This document shows positions 15,809 to 25,302 of a stretch of DNA of 36,669 nt, in pieces. The position numbers were made by a program, and so were the translations under genes. Source of the DNA: a virus (Duplodnaviria > Caudoviricetes). Numbering within the stretch: position 1 is the first letter of the stretch; every line of letters begins with the position of its first letter. The notes beneath the pieces are model-generated. The model had not been told where the DNA came from, made no database searches, and saw only the letters and a list, made by a program, of their open reading frames with translations. The stretch spans positions 1 through 36,669 of IMG/VR virus record IMGVR_UViG_3300048577_000566. The stretch is one strand, 5' to 3'.

Positions 15809-16015
15809 GTGGCGATGGCCGGGTTCTATTACGATAGCGCCTTGAAGGCGTTACAGGATGCTCACGACGCTTGTTTCAAGTGCGTCGATCGTGATGTCCT
15901 TGGAATGTCCCACGGACCATTCAGTGGGGTGAACAAGGCGCTTGGCATAATAAAGCTGCTGGAAGAAGAAAATGCGATTCTGCGAAAGAAGTACGTAAAC
16001 AAGGGCGGAACTTAA
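15809..16015 (+). CDS. Hypothetical protein
   Basis: 68 aa with GGAG RBS, before terminase. Confidence 0.6.
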   Translation: MAMAGFYYDSALKALQDAHDACFKCVDRDVLGMSHGPFSGVNKALGIIKLLEEENAILRKKYVNKGGT

Positions 16016-16019
16016 GTAA

Positions 16020-16307
16020 GTGGCTAAAACACCGACCGATATTCGATCTTTGGCGCGCTCTCATACCGAATCTGCGCTGAGGACGCTCGCTAACATCATG
16101 AGTCAGGACGAGGCACCACATGCAGCGCGTGTTTCTGCCGCCATCGCGTTGCTGGATCGAGGTTGGGGCAAGCCGGCGCAGACTGTGGACATGACTGTTC
16201 GCCGCCAGATCGCCAAAGAACTGAGTGACGATGAGCTCGCAGATATCGCGGTCGGAAGCAGCGAAAGAACTGCTTCAGCGCCGCTCGATTCGTCGCAGCT
16301 TAACTGA
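16020..16307 (+). CDS. Putative terminase small subunit
   Basis: ARVSAAIALLDRGWGKPAQ...ELSDDEL. Directly upstream of and overlapping TerL. Confidence 0.7.
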   Translation: MAKTPTDIRSLARSHTESALRTLANIMSQDEAPHAARVSAAIALLDRGWGKPAQTVDMTVRRQIAKELSDDELADIAVGSSERTASAPLDSSQLN

Positions 16308-17694
16308 TTGGTGCCGGTATGTCGGGTTTGAGCCGGCGGCGCATCACAAACTACTCATCACAGAACTAGAGAGGGTTGCCCGCAGGGAAACGCGCAGGTT
16401 GGCCGTATTCATGCCGCCCGGCTCCGCGAAGTCGACCTATGCGAGCGTACTCTTCCCGCCGTGGCTGATGCAGCGCTGGGGAGGAACGACAAGTGTCCTC
16501 GCCGCGTCGCATACGACAGAGCTTGCGGAGAAGTGGGGTAGGCGGGTTCGCAACTTGGTTGGCGAGCATGGTTTGGCACTTGGAATCGGCGTCGCTCCGG
16601 ACAATCAGGCTGCAGGACGTTGGGCGCTGAACAGCGGCGGCGAGTACTACGCGGCCGGCGTCGGTACGGGTATCGCGGGTTTCCGTGCTGGCCTTGGCCT
16701 GATTGACGATCCGATCAGGTCGCGACAGGACGCGGACAGCGAGCTTATCCGTGATCGGATTTGGGATTGGTACATCAACGACTTTAGGACGCGCCTTGTG
16801 CCCGGCGCTCCGGAAATCCTGATTCAGACGCGCTGGCATGAGGACGATCTGGCTGGCCGTGCGCTACAGCATGACGACTGGCGGGTTATCAGCCTGCCGG
16901 CTGAGGCGGAATACGACGATCCAATGGGGCGGGATCCCGGCGAATTCCTGTGGTCTGATGGTGACTATGGCTACGGCGCGCAGCTCAGCGAGTTGAAGGC
17001 CAAAACACCGGCCAGAACATGGTCAGCACTCTACCAGCAGAGCCCGGCACCGGAAGAAGGCGCATACTTTTTGCGTGACTGGCTCAAGCCTTATGAAAAG
17101 CTGCCGGCAGCCGAGACGTTGCGAGTTTATGGCGGGTCGGATTACGCGGTCACGGCGGACGGCGGCGACTACACTGTTCATGCGGTAGTCGGGATCGATC
17201 CTGAAGGTCGCATGTATCTTCTGGATTTGTGGCGCAGGCAGGCACCATCGGATCAATGGGTTGAATCGTTCTGCGATCTTGTCTTGCGCTGGAAGCCTAT
17301 GGGTTGGGCCGAAGAACAAGGTCAGATCAAATCCGGAGTTGGACCGTTTCTTGAGCGTCGGATGCGCGAGCGCAAGGCCTATGTGGTTCGTGAGCAGTTT
17401 CCGACGCGCGGCGACAAATCAGTTAGGGCGCAGTCAATGCGCGGCCGTATGGCGATGGAAGGGCTGTATGTGCCGATCAACGCGCCTTGGTATGCAGATT
17501 TCCGGGCTGAGCTATTGAGCTTCCCCGCCGGCAAGCATGACGACCAGGTCGATGCGATCGGGCTGGTTGGGCAGTTGCTAACTCGTATGTTGGCCGGTGC
17601 GGCGAAGAAAGATCAGACCGTGAAGGACGCGAATCTCAGCGGTTATCGCAATGCGCTGAATACGGCAGCCGCGGCGGACTGGCAGGCATACTAG
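16231..17694 (+). CDS. terL: Terminase large subunit
   Basis: Walker A MPPGSAKS, Walker B LIDDP, QTRWHEDDL, nuclease FPAGKHDDQVDA. Exact start uncertain. Confidence 0.95.
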   Translation: MSSQISRSEAAKELLQRRSIRRSLTDWCRYVGFEPAAHHKLLITELERVARRETRRLAVFMPPGSAKSTYASVLFPPWLMQRWGGTTSVLAASHTTELAEKWGRRVRNLVGEHGLALGIGVAPDNQAAGRWALNSGGEYYAAGVGTGIAGFRAGLGLIDDPIRSRQDADSELIRDRIWDWYINDFRTRLVPGAPEILIQTRWHEDDLAGRALQHDDWRVISLPAEAEYDDPMGRDPGEFLWSDGDYGYGAQLSELKAKTPARTWSALYQQSPAPEEGAYFLRDWLKPYEKLPAAETLRVYGGSDYAVTADGGDYTVHAVVGIDPEGRMYLLDLWRRQAPSDQWVESFCDLVLRWKPMGWAEEQGQIKSGVGPFLERRMRERKAYVVREQFPTRGDKSVRAQSMRGRMAMEGLYVPINAPWYADFRAELLSFPAGKHDDQVDAIGLVGQLLTRMLAGAAKKDQTVKDANLSGYRNALNTAAAADWQAY

Positions 17695-19698
17695 ATGAAC
17701 AACACCGGATACGTGGCGGGCACGAGCGGAAGCGCTTTCAGTGCCGGATCAGCCACGCGTGAAGGTGACGGCTGGCCACTGCACAAGCTGAAGAAGGCGT
17801 ACCTCGATTATCTCGGCAACAAGCAGGACGAAATCGAGGAACAGAAGGTTTCGCGACGCTACTATCATGCCTCGCAGTGGACGCCGAAGCAGATCAAGGC
17901 GCTTAACGACCGCAAACAGCCGGTTGTTACGTTCAACCGCATCGCCCGCAAGATCAACGGCGTTGTCGGGCTGATCGAGCGACTGCGTCAAGACCCGAAA
18001 GCATATCCAAGGACCCCTAAGCACGAGCAGGGCGCCGAGCTAGCCACAGCCGTTATCCGATACGTCTTAGATGAGCAGGAGTGGAAAGCAAAATCTCCGG
18101 AGTGTGCCATTTATGGCGCCGTGGATGGCGTCGGCGGCGTTGAGATCGAAATCACGGAAGGAGACCATGGTGACAATGAGGTTTCGTTCGAAGCCGTAAA
18201 CCCGGATTCGTTCTTTTATGACCCTCGATCATACAAGGCCGACTTCTCGGACGCGCGCTACATGGGCGTCGGAAAGTGGATGGATTTTGACGCCGCTGTC
18301 GAGATGTTTCCCGACAAGGCGCAGGAGATCGAATCGTCGGGCGAGAACGCCACTGATATGTCGAGCGAGCCAGACCGCGAACAGAAGTGGTTCAGCGTTT
18401 CCGGCACTCGCAAGATGATCCGTGTTATCGATATCTGGTATCGGCATCGCGGAGAATGGCGATGGGCGTTGTTCACGGGCTCCACGATCCTCATGGAGGG
18501 TGATTCATACCTCGTGGACGAGAAGGGGCGGACACAGTGTCGTTACGTCATGTTCTCGTGCAACGTCGATCACGACGGCGACCGCTATGGCTTCGTGCGC
18601 AACATGAAGTCGGCGCAGGACGAGTACAACATGCGCAGGTCGAAAGGCCTGCACATCATCAATTCGCGCCGACTAATGCTCACTAAGGGGTCCGTGGATG
18701 ACGTCGAAATTGCCCGAAAGGAGTGGGCGCGTCCTGACGGCGTGATCGAGGTCAACTCGACCAATGTCAATGAGGGCGCCATGGCAGACGATCAATCGTT
18801 TGATTTTGCCGGCCAGCTCAAGCTGATGGAAAACGCCATCGCGGAGTTGGAAAACTACGGCCCAAACCAGGCGCTTATCGGAGACGCCGCAAACCAGTCT
18901 GGTCGCGCAATCGCCTTGCTGCAGCAGGCCGGCATGGCTGAGCTTGGTCCATACATCCTCGCCTACAAGGGATGGAAGATCAGGCTTTACCGGACAATCT
19001 GGAATGCTGTTCGTCGTCACTGGTCCGGCGAGCGCTGGGTGCGCGTGACCGATGACGACAACGTAGCGCAGTTCATTCAGATCAATGGCATGCAGGTCGA
19101 TCCAATGACCGGTGCGCCCGTCATGGTCAATGCGCTCGGGTCTCTCGACGTCGATATCATCATTGATGAGGGGCCGGATTACATCAACATGCAGGCCGAC
19201 GCCTATGACACGCTGTCCGTGATGGCGTCGAAGGGCGCTAACGTCCCGCCGAAGGTGCTACTCGAACTGGCGCCGCTGCAAGGTAGCGTCAAAAAGAAGC
19301 TAATCGACATGCTGAGCGAGCCAGATCCGATGCAGCAGCAGGCCAAGCAGATCGCGATGGCCGGCGAAGCGGCAAAGGTCGATGAAACCAGGTCTAAGAC
19401 CGCGCTCAACATGGCGAAGGCGCAGGAAGCCGCCACGCCTGAGGTTGCGGCGCCGGCCGCTCCCGGAAAGTACGAGCTCCCGCCCGAGCTGCAGAACGCC
19501 AAAGCCATTGCCGAGATCGAGGATCGACAGGCATCCGCGCAGCAGAAGCGGTCGCAGGCATTCAGGACAGAAGTTGATGCTGCGCTTGCGCCGCGTCAGA
19601 CCGGACATCAGGCCGTGATGGATATGGCGAATTTCCATCAGGGCATTCAGGACCGTGCCGAGGATCGCGAAGCCGCGGCTCGGCAACCACAATCGTAG
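17695..19698 (+). CDS. Portal protein, P22-like
   Basis: 667 aa after TerL. YY...QW...P.VTFNRI..., YG.VRNMKSAQDEYN.RRSK, SGRAI, helical Q/A-rich C-terminal barrel. Confidence 0.88.
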   Translation: MNNTGYVAGTSGSAFSAGSATREGDGWPLHKLKKAYLDYLGNKQDEIEEQKVSRRYYHASQWTPKQIKALNDRKQPVVTFNRIARKINGVVGLIERLRQDPKAYPRTPKHEQGAELATAVIRYVLDEQEWKAKSPECAIYGAVDGVGGVEIEITEGDHGDNEVSFEAVNPDSFFYDPRSYKADFSDARYMGVGKWMDFDAAVEMFPDKAQEIESSGENATDMSSEPDREQKWFSVSGTRKMIRVIDIWYRHRGEWRWALFTGSTILMEGDSYLVDEKGRTQCRYVMFSCNVDHDGDRYGFVRNMKSAQDEYNMRRSKGLHIINSRRLMLTKGSVDDVEIARKEWARPDGVIEVNSTNVNEGAMADDQSFDFAGQLKLMENAIAELENYGPNQALIGDAANQSGRAIALLQQAGMAELGPYILAYKGWKIRLYRTIWNAVRRHWSGERWVRVTDDDNVAQFIQINGMQVDPMTGAPVMVNALGSLDVDIIIDEGPDYINMQADAYDTLSVMASKGANVPPKVLLELAPLQGSVKKKLIDMLSEPDPMQQQAKQIAMAGEAAKVDETRSKTALNMAKAQEAATPEVAAPAAPGKYELPPELQNAKAIAEIEDRQASAQQKRSQAFRTEVDAALAPRQTGHQAVMDMANFHQGIQDRAEDREAAARQPQS

Positions 19699-19782
19699 GT
19701 GACCACGAGACGGCACAACCACGCACGCCAGCCGCGATAGTGCAGGCATACGTCACGCCACGAAACGGCGATTGAGGAACCA

Positions 19783-20670
19783 ATGGACATCAGCGATCAG
19801 GAGCTTTTCAACACCGCGTTGACGGAAGAAGCGGCTGAACAGGGAGAGGTACAGACCGAACAGTCTGTCGCCGAGACCGAAGATGCTGCTGTGCAACCGC
19901 GGGATGAGCAGGGAAGGTTTGCCGCAAGGCAGGACGAACAGGCTCAGACCGATTCACAGGGCGAGCAGCCGGCAGGAGCCGGTCAGCAGTCGCAAAGTGA
20001 AGGTGCACACGTTCCGTCTTGGCGCCTGCGAGAAGAGCGTGAGCGAGCGGAAGCGGCTGAACGTCGTTTCCAGGAAGCTCAGGCTCAATGGCAGCGCCAT
20101 CTTGCCGAACTGCAAAGCCGACTGCCAAGGCATGAGGAATCTAAAGCTCCGTCTGTATTCGAGGACGAGAATGGATTTCTTCAGCACGGACTCAGTCAAG
20201 CTGTAACTCCGATCAAGTCAGAGCTCCAAGAGCTTCGCGAGGCAAACTCAGAGCTCAAAGCTATGATGAGGCATGGAGAAGAAAAGGTCGCATCTGCCAA
20301 GAAATGGCTTGAAGAGGGCATCAGAAGTGATCCAGCCCGCTATGAGCTTTGGCAGCGCGCTCTCTCGTCGCGTGACCCTTATGGGGATATCGTGAATGAG
20401 TATCAGCGATCTACCGTCTATCAGCAGATTGGTAATGACCCAAACGCGTGGTTCGAAAAGCACCTTGAAGAACGGATGAAGGACCCTGCGTTCGCAGGCT
20501 CGCTGCTCGGGCGCATCCAGCATGGCGCCGCGACATCCCAGCCCAATGGTTTCGCAAAACCTATCGTGAAGCTTCCGCCGTCGCTCAACAAAGTCGCATT
20601 GGCTCAAGGCGCAGCAGCCGATGATGGGGACATGAGCGACGACGCATTGTTCGCACACGCAATGCGCTGA
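19783..20670 (+). CDS. Scaffolding protein
   Basis: Acidic N-terminus, PRDEQGRFA, VP...L.EER coiled coil, PPSL C-terminal motif. Lies between portal and capsid. Confidence 0.8.
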   Translation: MDISDQELFNTALTEEAAEQGEVQTEQSVAETEDAAVQPRDEQGRFAARQDEQAQTDSQGEQPAGAGQQSQSEGAHVPSWRLREERERAEAAERRFQEAQAQWQRHLAELQSRLPRHEESKAPSVFEDENGFLQHGLSQAVTPIKSELQELREANSELKAMMRHGEEKVASAKKWLEEGIRSDPARYELWQRALSSRDPYGDIVNEYQRSTVYQQIGNDPNAWFEKHLEERMKDPAFAGSLLGRIQHGAATSQPNGFAKPIVKLPPSLNKVALAQGAAADDGDMSDDALFAHAMR

Positions 20671-20691
20671 TCTCAGCCGCTCAAACGAACT

Positions 20692-20722
20692 AAGGCCCGC
20701 CCGTTGAGGCGGGCTTTTTGTT
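20692..20722 (+). terminator. Rho-independent terminator between scaffold and capsid genes
   Basis: AAGGCCCGCC-cgttga-GGCGGGCTTT TTGTT. Confidence 0.75.
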
Positions 20723-20752
20723 GGGCGGCCCATAGCTCAAAGGAAAACGTCT

Positions 20753-21901
20753 ATGGCTATGACGACCGTCGATACCAACAATAAGTTGGTGAAGTACACT
20801 CGTGAAATCAACCGAGAGGTGATCCGCGAGAGCATGTTCTCGCCCTACATGGGTACGTCACTAAACTCGATCATCCGCATCCGCCAGGAACTCAAGCCTG
20901 GTGGCGAGCAGATGAACATCCCGCTGGTGACCAAGCTCCTTGGCAAGGGTAAGGGTGCCGGTACTCTCGTCGGCAACGAGGAGAAGATCGACAATTACGG
21001 AATGCGCGTCTGGATCGACTGGAAGCGCCACGCCGTCGCCGCCAACAAGGCCGAGCAGCATAAGGACTCTGCGGACATCTTCGGCGTCCGCAAGGACTTG
21101 CTGTCGGACTGGCTGCGCGAGCAACAGCGCGACGAGACGGTCGAGGCCTTCATGGCTTTGCTGTCCGAATCGGCTCCGGCAAACCTCGGCTCCGATGACG
21201 GAGACACCGTCAACGGCATCCGTTACGAGAATTCCACCGCTTCACAGCGCAATGCGTGGAACGTGGCCAACTCGGACCGCGTGCTGTATGGCAAGTCGGT
21301 CGGCAACTACAACGCGACCCACGCCACGGCGTTGGCAACGATCGATGCGACCAACGACAAGATGACCGCTTCGATTGGGTCGCTCGCCAAGCGCATCGCG
21401 AAGCAGGCAAAGCCGGGTATTCATCCGTTCAAAATCCGGAACGGCTATGAATACTACGTGGCGTTCCTCGGATCGTATGCGTTCCGAGACCTCAAGCAGG
21501 ACCCGGTGATCACGCAAGCCAATCGCGAGGCCCGCGCCCGCGAGAACAACGGCATGGACAGGAACCCGATCTTCCAGGATGGCGACCTGATCTATGACGG
21601 CGTGATCTATCGCGAAGTTCCGCAGATCAGCGCTTATGTCAGTGACGTGTGGACCACGTTGCAGACTGCGGGCGATAGCTCGTCGCGTGTTGAGCCGTTC
21701 TTCCTGTGTGGACAGCAGGCCATGGTCTACGCCTGGGGGCAGATGGCAAAGCCGACGTTCCGCAAGGAAGACGATTACGGCTTCATCACCGGCGCCGGCA
21801 TCGAATCGGCTTACGGCATCTCCAAGGTCTTCAAGAAGCACGACGGCGTCTTGAAGCAGTGGGGTGTCGTGACCGGCTTCGTTTCGGCCGCGGTCGACTG
21901 A
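20753..21901 (+). CDS. Major capsid protein (DUF4043/N4-gp56-like)
   Basis: 382 aa after scaffold. L.G.G..G...LVGNEE and NPIF.....YDGVI motifs. AAGGA RBS. Confidence 0.88.
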   Translation: MAMTTVDTNNKLVKYTREINREVIRESMFSPYMGTSLNSIIRIRQELKPGGEQMNIPLVTKLLGKGKGAGTLVGNEEKIDNYGMRVWIDWKRHAVAANKAEQHKDSADIFGVRKDLLSDWLREQQRDETVEAFMALLSESAPANLGSDDGDTVNGIRYENSTASQRNAWNVANSDRVLYGKSVGNYNATHATALATIDATNDKMTASIGSLAKRIAKQAKPGIHPFKIRNGYEYYVAFLGSYAFRDLKQDPVITQANREARARENNGMDRNPIFQDGDLIYDGVIYREVPQISAYVSDVWTTLQTAGDSSSRVEPFFLCGQQAMVYAWGQMAKPTFRKEDDYGFITGAGIESAYGISKVFKKHDGVLKQWGVVTGFVSAAVD

Positions 21902-21907
21902 TCATTG

Positions 21908-21941
21908 ACGGGGAGGGCCGCCGCTCTCCCCGTTTCCTTTT
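21908..21941 (+). terminator. Rho-independent terminator after capsid gene
   Basis: ACGGGGAGGGC-cgcc-GCTCTCCCCGT TTCCTTTT. Confidence 0.8.
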
Positions 21942-21963
21942 CTCAAAGTTCTGGAGAACATCA

Positions 21964-22359
21964 ATGTCTCTCGCAAACAAGGTGCCGGCCCGTGACATCG
22001 GATACGGCGTGGTCCAGTTCATCCGCAAGAGGCTGACCTTTGCGGACAACGGGAAGGCTGTCGTCGTTGGTACAGTCCCGGCCGGGGCGCTCATTCTCAA
22101 GGCGCTATCAGGCGCTCATGTCAACGTCGTGACCAATGCAGGCACCAACAACCTGATGAATATCGGGACGACAGCCGACGACGACCTGTACGGCACCAGC
22201 CTCTCAACGGCTGCGATTGCTTTCGTGCCGCTCGATGAGGCTGTGTCGATGTACGCGTCATCCGACACGACCGTTACGGCGACGCTTGCCCTGACCGGCA
22301 CGGCAGCGACGACTGGCGATATCGAAGTGGTGATCGCCTTCGTAACTGGCGGCCGCTAA
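21964..22359 (+). CDS. Capsid decoration/cement-like protein
   Basis: 131 aa, beta-rich Thr/Ala/Val protein right after MCP. GGAG RBS. Confidence 0.65.
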   Translation: MSLANKVPARDIGYGVVQFIRKRLTFADNGKAVVVGTVPAGALILKALSGAHVNVVTNAGTNNLMNIGTTADDDLYGTSLSTAAIAFVPLDEAVSMYASSDTTVTATLALTGTAATTGDIEVVIAFVTGGR

Positions 22360-22364
22360 CGTCT

Positions 22365-22697
22365 ATGTCCAAGACCTCTGACAACCTGATCTACAAGGCG
22401 GCCGGCATTGTCGGCGTCGCCATCGCCGGTGAGGCTCTTGGCAGTGTCGAGTATGACACGATCAAGGGTTGCATTGGCCCGGTTTTGGATGAGGTCGCGG
22501 ATATCGTCATGATCGATCCGGAAGACATTCCGGATCGATACTTCAATACTGTTGCGCGTCTTGTTGCAATGCATGCCTCTGCCGAGTTCAGCAACGTGCC
22601 GGTCGACGTGGTAGTGATACAACAGCACGAGAACAGGCTTCGCTATTTGGCATCCAACAAGGCTACGCGTGGCCGCTTGAAGGTCGAGTACTTCTAG
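22365..22697 (+). CDS. Head-to-tail adaptor (P22 gp4 position)
   Basis: 110 aa, helical. Synteny. Confidence 0.6.
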   Translation: MSKTSDNLIYKAAGIVGVAIAGEALGSVEYDTIKGCIGPVLDEVADIVMIDPEDIPDRYFNTVARLVAMHASAEFSNVPVDVVVIQQHENRLRYLASNKATRGRLKVEYF

Positions 22698-24115
22698 TGA
22701 CTGCCATCCCATTTCCATTTCTGTCGGCGCCGGGGCGTCATCCTCAAGCGGCTGGCGGCAGGCTGATCAACTGCTATCCCGAGCAGTTGCCGGAAACGGC
22801 CGGACAGAAATTCATCTACTGGCGCGTCCCCGGCATTAAGCAATGGGGCACCACAGAAGGCGTTGGCTACCGCGGATCGCTCGTCGTGGCCGGCACGCTA
22901 TATGCCGTGATTGGCAACAAGGCTTACTCATTTCCGTCTACCGGTGGCGTGGGTACTGCACTCACCGGCACCGTGCCGGGAGCGGTGCCCGTCATTATGG
23001 CGCGTGACAATGCCGGCACGCCTCATATCGTGATCGTGTCGCCTGGCAATGGCGCCGTGATCGTCAATGGCACGGCGGTTGAGGACTATCCGGACGTAGA
23101 CGTCGGTCAGCCGAACAGCGTTTGTTACATGAGAGGGTTCTTTCATTTTTCCTATGGTGACGGAACGCTCCGCTGTTCTGATGTTAACTCCCTGTCGATC
23201 AACACGCTCAGTCATGCCGCGGCTGAGAGCAAACCGGATGCGCTATATCGGTGCTATCCGCTCGGCAATGGCCAGCTGCTCGCCGTCGGGTCCGACACGA
23301 TGGAGGTGTGGGGCGGCCAGGTAAACGATACGGGCTACCCTTGGAACTACATCGCGACGATACCGCGCGGTATCGTGGGACCGTATGCTATTGCCGGCCA
23401 GGAGGATGGTTGGGGCAAAGGCATCTACTTCGTTGGAGACGACAACCGCGTCTCGCGACTTGAGGGCTACACGCCTGTTCCTGTGTCATCGACTGAGGTT
23501 GAACTTGCGGTTGAGGCTGAAACCGACAAAACGCAAATTAGCGTTTCAGCCTATGTGGCTCAGGGCCACGGGTTTGTGGTGGTGCACTCGCCGAACTTCT
23601 GCTGGGAATTCGACACCACGTTGCAGAGCTGGCACGAGCGGCAGAGCTATCTAAAACGCTATTGGCGTGGCCTGTTTCCGGTTAAGGCTTTCGACAAGTG
23701 GATCTGCGGCGATACCGAGAGTGGAGACCTGTTCGAGATATCCGGCTCGTATCACGATGAGGCCGGCTATCCGCTTCGCATGACGATCGAGACAGGTCCG
23801 CTCGGGGCATTCCCTAAGGTGGCTCGCATCAATAAGGTTGAGCTTTACCTTACTAAGGGTGTTGGTATCGCGACGGGAAGCGATCCGACTCAGACGCAGC
23901 CCAAGATCGGCATTTCAGTTTCCGCCGACGGGGGGAAGACCTGGAAGAATGAGCGCCAGATTGACGCCGGCCTGCAGGCCTTGACCAAAGGTCGCGTGCG
24001 CTCGTCAATCTGGGGGCAGGCCGATGTGCAGGGTGTACGCTGGCGCTTCACCGAATCCAGCAACATCCCGTTCGGCTTTATGGGCGCCGACATGAACGCC
24101 GATGTGCTGCGATGA
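22697..24115 (+). CDS. Tail hub / packaged-DNA stabilisation protein (P22 gp10-like)
   Basis: 472 aa, beta-rich. AESKPD, WHER.S and S.DGG.TW motifs. Synteny. Confidence 0.82.
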   Translation: MTAIPFPFLSAPGRHPQAAGGRLINCYPEQLPETAGQKFIYWRVPGIKQWGTTEGVGYRGSLVVAGTLYAVIGNKAYSFPSTGGVGTALTGTVPGAVPVIMARDNAGTPHIVIVSPGNGAVIVNGTAVEDYPDVDVGQPNSVCYMRGFFHFSYGDGTLRCSDVNSLSINTLSHAAAESKPDALYRCYPLGNGQLLAVGSDTMEVWGGQVNDTGYPWNYIATIPRGIVGPYAIAGQEDGWGKGIYFVGDDNRVSRLEGYTPVPVSSTEVELAVEAETDKTQISVSAYVAQGHGFVVVHSPNFCWEFDTTLQSWHERQSYLKRYWRGLFPVKAFDKWICGDTESGDLFEISGSYHDEAGYPLRMTIETGPLGAFPKVARINKVELYLTKGVGIATGSDPTQTQPKIGISVSADGGKTWKNERQIDAGLQALTKGRVRSSIWGQADVQGVRWRFTESSNIPFGFMGADMNADVLR

Positions 24116-24576
24116 GAAAGGTGACAGTCCCCGGCACCAATGTGCCGATCGTCTTTTCCGGAGGCCTGATCAATCCGGATTGGTATCCGGTTTTCAAGTT
24201 TCTGGAAGGCTTGCAGCCGCTCTCGGATATCGTCTTTCCGCCACCGGACGATACCAAGTCTGACGTGCTGCGCGGCATCAACGAGCAGACCGGGACGAGC
24301 TACACCTTCGTTCTGACGGACAGCGGGAAATACTGCCGCTTCACCAATTCGTCTGCGGTGTCAGTGACCATTCCGACCAACGCCGCGGTCGCGCTGCCTG
24401 TCGGAACGCAGATCGACGTGATCCAAGGCGGCACGGGCAAGGTGACGTTCGGCGGCTCCGGCGTGACGATCAACTCGCTCAACGGCAACAAGTCGCTGGT
24501 CGGTCGCTATGCGGGGGCAACGCTGATCAAGCGTGCGACGGATGAGTGGGACCTGGTCGGGAGTCTGACCGCGTGA
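24112..24576 (+). CDS. Tail needle/tip-associated protein
   Basis: gp26 position. INEQTGTSYT.VL.D.GK...W.LVG.L beta domain. Confidence 0.6.
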   Translation: MRKVTVPGTNVPIVFSGGLINPDWYPVFKFLEGLQPLSDIVFPPPDDTKSDVLRGINEQTGTSYTFVLTDSGKYCRFTNSSAVSVTIPTNAAVALPVGTQIDVIQGGTGKVTFGGSGVTINSLNGNKSLVGRYAGATLIKRATDEWDLVGSLTA

Positions 24577-25292
24577 GCAGGTTCGGCGTGGGCTTCCATA
24601 GCGGCTACGGCGTGCCGGGGAACGACAGCTACACGAAAATCCTGCTGCATATGGATGGCGCGAACGGCGGGACGACATTTGCGGACATCGCGGCCGGTGC
24701 TGCTAATTCTCACATTTGGACGCCGACAAATGGCGTGACCGCAACCGGCAATCCGAAATTCGGCTCTGCAGCGCTGCAATGCTCTGCTGGTTACGTTCGT
24801 TCCGTGAATGACAGCGACTTTACACTTGGAAGTGCTGATTGGACCATTGATTTCTGGGTTAATAATAACGGTATCACGGGTTCCCAGAGCTTATGTGGGC
24901 AGCTCAATTACGCCGGTGGCATAAATTCTGGACCGCTTTACTCAGTTAAAGACTCAAGCGGTCGAGTGTTCTTCGGTGTCTCGAATGGGAGCGCTTTTAC
25001 TGTGGTAGGTGGTGCAGGCTCACCTCCAACGATTCAAGACAGTCAGTGGCATCACGTTGCCTTTGTTCGGGGTGGCGGGACACTAAGGCTATTTCTGGAC
25101 GGCTCGCAGATCGCGTCGGATGGATTTAGCGGTTTGGTTCAAGCGAGTTCTGGCGCTCCGTTCGGTGTTGGCATTAACGGCGATTATGCCGGCGCCAGTC
25201 TAGCCTCGATGCTATTCGATGAGTTTCGCCTGAGCATCGGAATTGCGCGCTGGACATCCAACTTCACCCCGCCTGACGCGCCGTATATCTGA
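24573..25292 (+). CDS. LamG/concanavalin A-like lectin domain virion protein
   Basis: LLHMDG...DWTIDFW...QWHHVAFVR.G..LRLFLDG...DEFRLS.G.ARWTSNFTPP. GTGA-coupled start. Confidence 0.85.
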   Translation: MSRFGVGFHSGYGVPGNDSYTKILLHMDGANGGTTFADIAAGAANSHIWTPTNGVTATGNPKFGSAALQCSAGYVRSVNDSDFTLGSADWTIDFWVNNNGITGSQSLCGQLNYAGGINSGPLYSVKDSSGRVFFGVSNGSAFTVVGGAGSPPTIQDSQWHHVAFVRGGGTLRLFLDGSQIASDGFSGLVQASSGAPFGVGINGDYAGASLASMLFDEFRLSIGIARWTSNFTPPDAPYI

Positions 25293-25302
25293 GGATCACG
25301 AC

